Assembly: GCA_002811645.1 (NCBI GenBank)
Contig: PDIP01000017.1
Coordinates: 124,001-188,000 of the forward strand
Length of the DNA stretch: 64,000 nucleotides
From: Corallochytrium limacisporum Hawaii
Lineage: Eukaryota; Protista; Pluriformea
Reading direction: 5' to 3'
The position numbers were made by a program, and so were the translations under genes. Positions 53,686-62,885 of this stretch are shown in pieces. A model generated the notes under the pieces. It saw only the letters and a program-made list of their open reading frames with translations. It was not told the DNA's origin and did no database searches. How positions within the stretch are numbered: position 1 is the first letter of the stretch; every line of letters begins with the position of its first letter.

Positions 53686-55068
53686 TTAATCATATTTATT
53701 CGATGGTGACTGCGACGGTGATGAAACAGATGCGACAATCGATATGACATATTCATCGAGTGACGCCAGCCCAACGGACAGGGGCAAAGGATCCTGAGAC
53801 TGCCCTTGGATGCATTCTTGAAGGCTACGTATGTTTATACCCTCTGGGAGACTGTCCTTGTCCAGATCTGCGAGGGTCTGAAGCCACTCTCTTTGTGGGG
53901 GATAAATCAAAGGGAATGTCTTGGTGGCATTTACGGGCAATAGGGCCGATGCCACCAAGCCGGGATCTGGAGTGCAAAAGATCACAACAAGTTTGCCCGG
54001 AGAGTTAGCTGTGCAGTATCTCTGCAAGAGATCAGCTGTGTGTCCAACAAGTCGCAAATGTGACGTGCGCATACTGAATGCCGGAAACAAGACATGGGCA
54101 TCATCGAATAGCAAGACGGGCAAAGCGCCACATGCCTGATCGGTCAGCCGGATGGCCTTCTGAAAAATGTTGGTCATGGTCCTTTCTGTTTCTCCCAGCT
54201 CTGGACGCAGATAGTCCGCTATGGTAACGTGGGTGACATGCAAGCGGCACTCTAACAGTTCCAAGAGGTACGGCAGCAGTGTTTTACCGCTCCCTGTCTT
54301 TCCATGAAGAACAAGGACGCGTGCAGATGGCTGTCTATATCCAAACAGAACAGCCTTCATTTCTTCAAGAGCCGCTTGTAGCAAGCCCGTTGATAATTGT
54401 AACCGCCATGTCGGAAACGTATTCTTGGCCAGAGCTGTCTTTATGCCAATGGCATCATGGCCTCCCATTTTCTCGGGACTGACTGAGTCTTCGACTTTTA
54501 TCTCCAATGTCGGAATTTTCTGAAGTCTCATGTAGTCTGGAGTGTGGTCACGACTCTCACAGCCGAGCAGCACAACACATCGTTTCACCGCCAACACATC
54601 ATCAATCAATTTCATAAACATGGCCTCATTGGGGTCACTATCCTCTAAGAGAATTGCAGCTGACATGGTCTTCGGGGAATCATTCAGGGAGTGTCGAATT
54701 GGGAGTACGTCTGGCTTCAGCAAGTCAACATCGCGCACGAGCACAATCCTCGCATGTGTCGTCTTTTCTGTCTGTAGCGTTCTCTGCACGAGTCTCCGCG
54801 CATCCGAAATGGATATCACCTCGAAACACTCTGGAAGTGTCGACTCTGAGACTGCCTCGCCGACCGTGACCTGTAGTTGTGATAGTCCGACAGTCGGTGC
54901 CTCGAGGAAGGCCAAGCGGTCGGTCAAACGCAGTTGCCCCTTCTTATTGACATCCTCACCGCTTGGCCATGTGTCGGGTACGGGTACTTTGGAAGAGCCC
55001 GATATCGACTGGCCAAAGTTTACAAGAAAGTCAGAAAGACCCTTCACATTTCCAGCTGCGCCTGACAT
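53686..55068 (-). CDS. Divergent AAA+ ATPase-like protein
   Basis: 460 aa. Walker A GKTGSGKT, YLRPELGETE and Walker B LLFDD resemble one CDC48-like module. Confidence 0.7.
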   Translation of the reverse strand: MSGAAGNVKGLSDFLVNFGQSISGSSKVPVPDTWPSGEDVNKKGQLRLTDRLAFLEAPTVGLSQLQVTVGEAVSESTLPECFEVISISDARRLVQRTLQTEKTTHARIVLVRDVDLLKPDVLPIRHSLNDSPKTMSAAILLEDSDPNEAMFMKLIDDVLAVKRCVVLLGCESRDHTPDYMRLQKIPTLEIKVEDSVSPEKMGGHDAIGIKTALAKNTFPTWRLQLSTGLLQAALEEMKAVLFGYRQPSARVLVLHGKTGSGKTLLPYLLELLECRLHVTHVTIADYLRPELGETERTMTNIFQKAIRLTDQACGALPVLLFDDAHVLFPAFSMRTSHLRLVGHTADLLQRYCTANSPGKLVVIFCTPDPGLVASALLPVNATKTFPLIYPPQREWLQTLADLDKDSLPEGINIRSLQECIQGQSQDPLPLSVGLASLDEYVISIVASVSSPSQSPSNKYD

Positions 55069-55144
55069 TGTGTCAGTTATGGAATGGTTTTGGAGTGAAA
55101 TAATAGAGCACTATAGAATCCACGTCGGTTGTTAGTAAGAGACC

Positions 55145-56402
55145 ATGATAAAGCTTTTCCGAGCGACCCGTCACAGCAGAAGCGCTTCCTTGAAGCCGGA
55201 GCTTTACAAAACAGTGTTCACCCAAAGCAAACTACACGCACACAAATTTGAACACGTCCACGAAAATGAATTTGTGGTCACCAGCGATTCAAAAATGCGG
55301 CAAAAACTCCACAAGGTTACTCAAAAGAAGGAGACTATAGATACATCAGTCGCTCAGTTCCGCGTGACTGATGTGCTCAACAAGGAAATTACTGGAACCC
55401 TGGGTACAGGTGATAGATCCGTTAGACTTAGATATCCCGCGCTTGAAGACTTCAGTGTCAAGATGGGTAGACAGACTGGTCTGATCTATCCTCGAGATGC
55501 CGTGGAGATCGTAAATTCCCTCGATGTCAGCCAAGGTAGTAGAGTCTTGGAAGTTGGTACGGGTAGCGGGTCACTCACAATGTTTCTGTCCAGAGCCGGT
55601 AAGTTATTCACAATTTCTTCTTAGTTGACGCTTCGTGGGACAGTCCTAGTCATGCGTAAGGTTGCACTGAGCTTTTTTTAGCTGACTTTTTGCCAGCGGG
55701 GAGGTGACTGGGAGAGAGGTGGCTAGGGTCCGTGGTTTCCAGTGTGAACGGTTGATATTGACACAGCAAGTATTTGATTCTCTTTATTTCTTTACAGCTG
55801 GTCCTTATGGACGTATTGTGACTGTGGAAAAGAACAGGAACCGGATGATTGAGACGGCAAGATGCATCCGGGAATGGTTTGTACACGAGGATAGTCGTTT
55901 GAAGAAGCGTGCCATCAACATCACTTGGGCCCATGGCACCGAGATCCCGCGTACTCCTGCGTTCACACCCATCAGTTTGCGCAACATTCACTTCCTGAGC
56001 ACCGATGCAGCAGACGCTGCAGAGTTCTCAAGGCTGCTGAAGGAGGCAACAGACGCAGACGAAGGCCGGCTATTTGATGCCCTTTCTATCGATGTGCCAG
56101 AGCCTGAGAAGGTACTGCGGCACTGTTTACCTTTCTTGAACCCGGGGTCCCGTCTGGCGATCTATTTGCCAAACATGACACAAGTACATAAGGCAGTTCA
56201 GGATCTTCGTGACATCGGTGATCTGAATCGTGAACGTATCTACGAGGTCAGCAGGCGGTTCTGGGATGTCTACGGGCGTGGCACCAATGCAGTAGCACGC
56301 CCTGGATGGGATCAGGAGACTTTTGGCGGCTTCCTCATGCGATTTTCATATTTTCCAGGGCAGGTACAGTCGTCCCAATCCTCAGAATCACCAAGGGTTT
56401 GA
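55145..56402 (+). CDS. TRMT61B: tRNA m1A58 methyltransferase, TRMT61B-like (mitochondrial); 2 exons (55145-55598, 55798-56402)
   Basis: Presequence-like N-terminus; motifs YPALEDF, IYPRD, VLEVGTGSGSLTMFLSRA|AGPYGRIVTVE, FDALSIDVPEP and YLPNMTQV. Confidence 0.88.
55599..55797 (+). other. Spliceosomal intron of the TRMT61B-like gene (199 nt, phase 1)
   Basis: G|GTAAGT donor and tctttatttctttacAG acceptor; joins the two ORF halves in frame. Confidence 0.88.
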
Positions 56403-57292
56403 ACAAGTGGCCAGGAGGCAGCCTCAGGTGTTCTTGCAACAGACCGACGTTCACTGCACTCTGAGCCAGGATGTGACTTTTAGGAGGCAGACCGTGAGGA
56501 CGTACCATACAGTAGTAGCACCACATGTCCTGGAGCAAGACTTTCCGTAATGTCTCTGCCTTTGACGCCGGGCCAGCTTTGGCGTTCTTGTTCAGCGCCT
56601 GACGTCGCAAACGGTACTGGGAATGAGTCTCACGACACTACTCGGGATCTTCGAGGACTCGACGCATCACCTGTATCGCAGGGTCGCGAATCACAAGTCC
56701 GGTTGGTGTCATCTTGCTTCTTGCAGAGCGCAGCATCATAGCTCTATACAAGGGGACGAGAAACAATGCTACTTCGGGGATGACGACCTTGCCATTGGTT
56801 AGTCGACTGTATCGTTGTTCTCGTGCCGCCAGTGAAGTCAACCTGATGTTTAGACATGCGGTGCCACTATGCATCTTAGAGCGCCATTCCATGTCATTAT
56901 CTGGATTGTTGTGGATGTTCGTTAACTTGTTGCTGACCGTGGCACCCTCTGGCAAAAGCCTGAGCTTGTATGTTGGCAGTGAATTGGCTGGTATCGTCGG
57001 TCGGGGAGGGGGGAAGGGGTCGGCAAATTTGCAGCCAAGAAAGCCATCAACCTGCTTCGGTTCCCGGCAGGGAAGGAATTTAAAATATCAATAATATTGA
57101 TTAGATTCACAAACTCGGATTCGATGGGATTGGACGAGCAGTCGACATTTAGAACATGCATTGGCGGCATACAGTTATGCTGCAGCGTGCTACTAGAAGT
57201 CGCTATTATATTAAAAAAACTCTATGTACGAATATATTTACATGCTGTGCGTTGGTGTTGAAACGAATACTCTGTCTCTCAAGTCCCGAGGT

Positions 57293-57628
57293 CTATTCGT
57301 GGTGCTCAATACCAATGGTTTCCTTTTCAATTTCCGGTCCAATAATCGGGTACAACTGTGAGGCATATGCAATAAACCAAAAGAGCCACAAACAAATAGC
57401 AGTAATGACGATGGATACCCGAATAGTCCTGAACAAAAAAAATGAAGATAGAGAGATTTTAACGAGACGCTTTACAGTTAGTATATCGATCACGAACCTT
57501 TCGAGGTCTGTCAACCTGATTTTCTGTACTTACTCTTGATTGTCACCCTTAGGTGTCATCAGGGGTCCAAGAATAGCAATAGCCCCGAAGAAAATTGAAA
57601 AAGCTAGAATCTCCACGGTGTACGACAT
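57293..57628 (-). CDS. ATP6V0E1: V-type ATPase subunit e; 2 exons (57628-57534, 57428-57293), 76 aa
   Basis: Spliced product MSYTVEILAFSIFFGAIAILGPLMTPKGDNQETIRVSIVITAICLWLFWFIAYASQLYPIIGPEIEKETIGIEHHE; family motifs PKG.N and C.WLFW...Q..P..GP. Confidence 0.92.
57429..57533 (-). other. Spliceosomal intron of V-ATPase subunit e (105 nt, phase 2)
   Basis: GTAAGT donor, TACTAAC at 57483-57477, T-rich tract and CAG acceptor. Confidence 0.9.
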
Positions 57629-58269
57629 GATTGTCAAGATCCGATCCGCTCACCGCCCGTGCAAACAACCCATCGAGTCCTTGTGGGTGTCATTTAAGGT
57701 CCCACCTCGATGTTCCATTCCAACCTTAAATAAGTTCAATTTTGCATAAATGGGTCCTACACCATTAACGCTACTTCAAGACAGTCCATCTCAGGACGCA
57801 ATGGCAATCGTTCAAGCAACCAATTCAATGAACGAGAGCCACACCAGATTGAGGTGCAAAGATCTGCCGCTAGTGGAGGACCCCCCTGCCCCCTCTTCCC
57901 GGAGTCTACGAGGACCGACCTTAGCTGAAGCCGACCGTAATTGTGACTCAACGGATCCATGGAGCGAAAGCTACGTCCGACGAACTTTGACAGTGGGTTC
58001 AAGACGGACAATGCCGCCTGCCACCTACATTGCACTGTGTATAGAAAACTTTGGCACAGGGAGAGACAAGACGAAAGAGGGGGTTCCAAGACTATTTCTC
58101 GGGTGGGAAGAAAACAACAAACAAGAAAGAAGGAGGAGGACCGGCCGGAGCAAACGAAAATTGTGACGGGTTATCAATATATACTGGAAACCTCGTTAAA
58201 TGGATTGGGATCATAATTGATCAATACTGGGCACGCAGTCCGGTGGGATCCAAACTGAAGGGTGGTGGG

Positions 58270-60981
58270 TCAGATAAGAGCAAGCTTTGCATGAAAGTGG
58301 ATGAATTCGTATAAGGTGCCACCGTCCACACCAAGGACCGCAACCAACTCCTCGCGGCTGGCATGCGCGATCTCCGCTATGGTCTTGAATCGTCTCACGA
58401 CGTGGACCCAGTTCTTGGAATTGATGCCCGGCATTTTCTTGAGGAATTCAATCGGTCCGATGTTTCCTGTGCCAGACAATAGGTATTGGGCCTCATTGCT
58501 AAGATCTGAGAGACGTGCAGCTGTGTCATTTGGCTGGGGGAAGTTTTTCTTCAGATAAACTATGATCTCTGCTGTAACATGGGGATTCTCAGACCAAATC
58601 ATCTTGAGCCGTGGAAAGTGAATGTTTAGGAGCGACAGTTTCGATGACATATTGTTCCAAGAAATGTCTGAAGGAAACTCTCCGTTCATATGCAAAGCAA
58701 AAGTTTTGCTCTCGTCGAATTCGATCAGAAGTGTGGGGTGCTTGTAATGTCGGCTCATTGCCTGACATTGCGAGTAGAGTCTTCCAGATCTCAGACTCCC
58801 CACCAAATCACTAAGACTCTTTCGCTCGATACATATTTCATCGGTGACGACGTAGTCGCCAATCTCCATGGTCAACGGCTTGACAGTGATACCCTTGGCA
58901 TGTAGCATGGCCGGAAGGCTTGACCGGAACTCTCGCATATCCACATAAACAAATGGCTCCTCCTTGGGGGCCATAATACGGCCGCCTCCTTTCCGAGTAT
59001 TAAGGAAAGGGTCATCGACCTGGTCTTCAAGTTTGTCCTTGTACTCCGGCAAAACCATTATACTACGTTCGTGAATCAGAGCACCGAAGGCAGTGTTCTC
59101 CCGCTGAATGGTAGACAAATATCTCTGCTCTTCGATACTATTTGAATATGCCATGAAGCTAATCCGAGTCCGGAAGCCTGGGTGACTTGCGAGATGCACT
59201 TCAATGTGACGAGTAAGTGCAATATCGGCATCATAGATAATGATCCAACGCGGGTGAGTGTCTTCCAAGATGGCGTCCATACTTGTCCTTCCTGCTGCTC
59301 CATTGATTGGATGAATAAATATTTGCTCATCGGAAATGAATCCAAACTTGTCAGAGCCCGCTGAAGGCAAGGGTACACTCTCAGGAAGATCCACACCGAC
59401 AAAGTTAGTGTCTTCAATTCCAATATCACCTGCATCTGCATCCACTGTCCGTTGCCAGGCCTTTCGCGCCGCAATCGGTCCCGAACTTTCATCCATAGCT
59501 TGCGCAACCTTCTGGCGCTTCCGTGCTCGTTTTGCAGATCGTTCCCTTTGCTTAGCCCGAGCAGCCTTCAAAGCGGATGATGGATCTGCAGTGTCGTTCA
59601 TTGACAACTTGCTCGGCTTCAGTACATTTCGGCCCATGTGTTTCAAATCCACCATCCACTGACGCCAGTCTCTATACAGAGAATTGAGAATAGGTCCGGG
59701 TCCATTGACAAGCACTTGGCGTACCTGGCGTTCTGTGCGCTCGTCGTTGACAAAAATGAGGATGTTACCTGGATCCTCTATTGTTTCATTCCACCGGACA
59801 CACCTATCTACTTCATCCTTCATGGCTTTCCATTTGGGGTTAGGCTCCAGAGTGGGTGACATGGGACCATGACGGATCTCGATTCCCTCGCGAATTTCCT
59901 CACGTTCATAGACTCTTGCCCGTGCAGCGCCAAACACCTTATCAGCAGGGTCCAGGAACATCCACTGTGAGTGCGTACTAAAAGTGTGGTTGCTTGCTCG
60001 CAGCATCTCCAGGAACGTGAGGAACGTGACACAATCATAGCTCGTGAGGTAGTCCAGTAACTTTCTGATTGTGTTTAAGTCATTGACAATCTGCTTTGTC
60101 CGTCGGCTAACTTGGTGCCAGATTGGACGCAGCTGAGATTTTATGAATCGATCAAAGTCTTGCGATAATGCATTCTGACTCAGAAAGTCGTCAAAATCAA
60201 GGCTGGGATGCAAACGACGAAGCTCCTGCACTAGCATGTGGATACACTCCCGTAGACCATTTTGAATCTGCTCCATTTTTGGTGTCAGAGGAACCATCAA
60301 TTCTTCCAAACTGACCTTTTGGCGACCCAAGGCTTCCTTCACCTCAGCCCGGAATCGCGGCCAGATTTGCAGCCTACGCACTTGCAGTGCTTTCAGAACC
60401 TTTTGAGTATGCGCAAACCCATGTACGAAAGACTCAGGTCGGTCACTAAACGCTTTGATCCACGCTTCGGGTACCCTTTGCTTAATCAATCTGAGGATGA
60501 ATGCCTCCACAGACGTATCTGTCACTGTATGAGCATTCATAACGATCACACCATCCAACAATGAAACTGGGACACGTCCGTGCAGTAGGTCCACCACGAG
60601 GATCCGAGACGTCACATATAGTAAGCCGCCAGCAGCATATACTTGGTCCCTGTTTCCGACGCCTTGCTCCGATGTAATAAACCGCGGTTCCATGTCAATT
60701 GGAACTGAAAAGTTACGCTTCAAGAGCCTGGTGAGTGTAATTTCATCTTGTGAGTTGGCATTGATGACCAAGACAAGACTAGATTCTGTACAGTACTGCA
60801 AAAGGACAGCGGTCACGATCCGGTACAAAGACAGCCCCTTGGCGAAAACATAGAGACCGTTATCATCCTGCAATTCTCGCAATACAGTTTTCTCGTACTC
60901 AAGCAATCTGAACGTCTTGCGAACAGGGCCAAAACTTGAAATCTCCCTATTGTGATGGTTCTCCGGATCCGAATCTGCCAT
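58270..60981 (-). CDS. ERCC4: DNA repair endonuclease XPF/Rad1
   Basis: Motifs TSRILVVDLL, EAFILRL, IKAFSD and LEPNPKW; nuclease motifs VDMREF, GDY and ERKSLSDL; C-terminal HhH region. Confidence 0.96.
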   Translation of the reverse strand: MADSDPENHHNREISSFGPVRKTFRLLEYEKTVLRELQDDNGLYVFAKGLSLYRIVTAVLLQYCTESSLVLVINANSQDEITLTRLLKRNFSVPIDMEPRFITSEQGVGNRDQVYAAGGLLYVTSRILVVDLLHGRVPVSLLDGVIVMNAHTVTDTSVEAFILRLIKQRVPEAWIKAFSDRPESFVHGFAHTQKVLKALQVRRLQIWPRFRAEVKEALGRQKVSLEELMVPLTPKMEQIQNGLRECIHMLVQELRRLHPSLDFDDFLSQNALSQDFDRFIKSQLRPIWHQVSRRTKQIVNDLNTIRKLLDYLTSYDCVTFLTFLEMLRASNHTFSTHSQWMFLDPADKVFGAARARVYEREEIREGIEIRHGPMSPTLEPNPKWKAMKDEVDRCVRWNETIEDPGNILIFVNDERTERQVRQVLVNGPGPILNSLYRDWRQWMVDLKHMGRNVLKPSKLSMNDTADPSSALKAARAKQRERSAKRARKRQKVAQAMDESSGPIAARKAWQRTVDADAGDIGIEDTNFVGVDLPESVPLPSAGSDKFGFISDEQIFIHPINGAAGRTSMDAILEDTHPRWIIIYDADIALTRHIEVHLASHPGFRTRISFMAYSNSIEEQRYLSTIQRENTAFGALIHERSIMVLPEYKDKLEDQVDDPFLNTRKGGGRIMAPKEEPFVYVDMREFRSSLPAMLHAKGITVKPLTMEIGDYVVTDEICIERKSLSDLVGSLRSGRLYSQCQAMSRHYKHPTLLIEFDESKTFALHMNGEFPSDISWNNMSSKLSLLNIHFPRLKMIWSENPHVTAEIIVYLKKNFPQPNDTAARLSDLSNEAQYLLSGTGNIGPIEFLKKMPGINSKNWVHVVRRFKTIAEIAHASREELVAVLGVDGGTLYEFIHFHAKLALI

Positions 60982-61693
60982 TTTCAATCATGCTGACGTG
61001 CCTGGGATGCATAGTTGAATCGAGCAATGTCTCCCTTCCAAATGTCAAATGCACGTTCGCATCATCTGGTTTCCGGAGAGAGATCGACTTCCACAAGCCC
61101 ATTCCATTATATACCCCATTCCAGTGCTTTGAACGGCCTCTGGGCTAAGCACTTCGCATCCCAACCCCCGCCTCCTCCTCACAGCGCAGACGCGTTCGGG
61201 ACCAGCCAGACACTTCGTTTGATGGGGGGGGGGTGTATTCGGAGGGAAGTTTTATTGATTGTGTACCTGCGGCCCTGTGCAAAGGCCCAAGCAGGTGATC
61301 GAAATGGCCAGGGCGGGTCTCTCCAGCATCGGGCGAGGAACACAGTGTCTTTTTTGCTTCATTGGGGACCCGTGCAAGGCCTGCCCGCCTGTGTGGGCGC
61401 GTTTGCGGTACGAGGTGGGGAATTTTGGGGCCCCGGGGTGAACACGTAAACATCGCTTGGATATCGTCACCCGTGGCTATTTCTGACAGTGCCTCGCAAT
61501 TGCATGTACACGTGCACCGTAAACTTTTCTATGAATTGTTTTGGATTATGTGTGTTTGGTTTGGCTCGAGCGCAAGCATCAATGAACGACGTTCCGCAGC
61601 CAGATTGACAAATCCCCTCGGAACGGAATGTGGGTGCGAAGTACGGGGAGCTCACTGGCCTATGTAGAGTCCCAGCAAGCTTGCACTATCAAA

Positions 61694-62821
61694 ATGTCAC
61701 TCGCATATATGGACATTGCAATGCGTACGGTCATACGTACACAATTTTTTGTGCGTGGCTGGGGTAGCTTGGACTTGATCAAACGGATTCAGACATTTCG
61801 GCGGGAGAGCTTAGCGGATCCTGGTAGTCTACAAAAGGACCTTGATGCGCTCTACAAACCCATCGAATGGAGCAAAAAAGTTGATCTTGGGAACGGGATA
61901 GAGAGCTGGGAAGGGAGATTTAGGTCACCTGCCGCTGATCTTATTCCAGGAGTTCTTCCCCCCGCTGCCGAGGAGTCTCATTTTCAGCTTGTGGTGCCAA
62001 GGGATAGAAAGAACACTGACTCACTAGTAATTCACTATGCGGGCACTGGAGACCATAACTTCTGGCGGCGACGCATTATGTATGCGAAACCCATGGCAGA
62101 GACACATAGTATAGCTAGTATCATCTTTGAGAATCCATTTTACGGACTGAGGAGACCCCGCGACCAATTTCGCAGCAGCTTGCGCTATATGTCCGATCTC
62201 TTTAGTATGGGTGTCGGACTGGTGACTGAGACCCACAATATCTTGCACTGGGCGAGGGACCAAGGATGGCATCGCCAGTGCCTGACAGGCTTCAGCATGG
62301 GCGGCATCATGGCGTGTCTTTCGGCCAGTGCATGGCCACACCCTGTGAGTCTAGTGGGTTGTGTGACCCCGGTTAGCGCCTCCCATGTATTCACAAAGGG
62401 TGTCCTCAGTAACTTCTGCGCCTGGCCGGTATTGATCAGTGAATTGAAGGAGCATAGGCATGCAATCGGTGACATTGTTCCGAATCCAATCGCTGAAGAG
62501 ATCAGACGGTGCCTTGACTCAGGGTCCACAGAGGACGAGAAGCAAGGGGCTGTATTGTTTATGAGGCATGTTATGGACGAGTTGACGGATTTGAATGGAT
62601 ACCCTCGACCTGCGCAACCGAATGCCATTATCTTCTTGACGGCGTCCGAGGACAACTACGTTCCTGTTGAGGATACAAGGACAATCAAGACTGCGTGGCC
62701 GGGGATAGACTTCCGTGAACACGCTGGTGGTCATGTCTCCAGTCACTTCGCAAACGAGATGTATCGCCAAGCTATCCTCGAGAGTCTGGACCGCTTACCA
62801 TCCATGGAACTTGCAGCATGA
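61694..62821 (+). CDS. ABHD18: Alpha/beta hydrolase, ABHD18-like
   Basis: Motifs FFVRGWG, HYAGTGDH-FWRR, ENPFYG, nucleophile elbow GFSMGG, DNYVP and GGHVS. Confidence 0.9.
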   Translation: MSLAYMDIAMRTVIRTQFFVRGWGSLDLIKRIQTFRRESLADPGSLQKDLDALYKPIEWSKKVDLGNGIESWEGRFRSPAADLIPGVLPPAAEESHFQLVVPRDRKNTDSLVIHYAGTGDHNFWRRRIMYAKPMAETHSIASIIFENPFYGLRRPRDQFRSSLRYMSDLFSMGVGLVTETHNILHWARDQGWHRQCLTGFSMGGIMACLSASAWPHPVSLVGCVTPVSASHVFTKGVLSNFCAWPVLISELKEHRHAIGDIVPNPIAEEIRRCLDSGSTEDEKQGAVLFMRHVMDELTDLNGYPRPAQPNAIIFLTASEDNYVPVEDTRTIKTAWPGIDFREHAGGHVSSHFANEMYRQAILESLDRLPSMELAA

Positions 62822-62885
62822 TATTTTGTCAAAGCTAAAAAACTATTACTAGAACCAATATGATACATATCTTTCTTCAATGCAT

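Noticed and set aside
57750-58166. 138-aa plus-strand ORF between V-ATPase e and XPF
   Set aside because: No motifs, and it overlaps the expected promoter of V-ATPase e, including a C-tract at about 57881.
12812-60981. DNA-repair cluster (Tfb2, CofG, SPIDR-like, XPF) or flavin cluster (cofG with RIB3)
   Set aside because: The genes are 10-26 kb apart and interspersed with unrelated housekeeping genes; consistent with chance in a compact genome.
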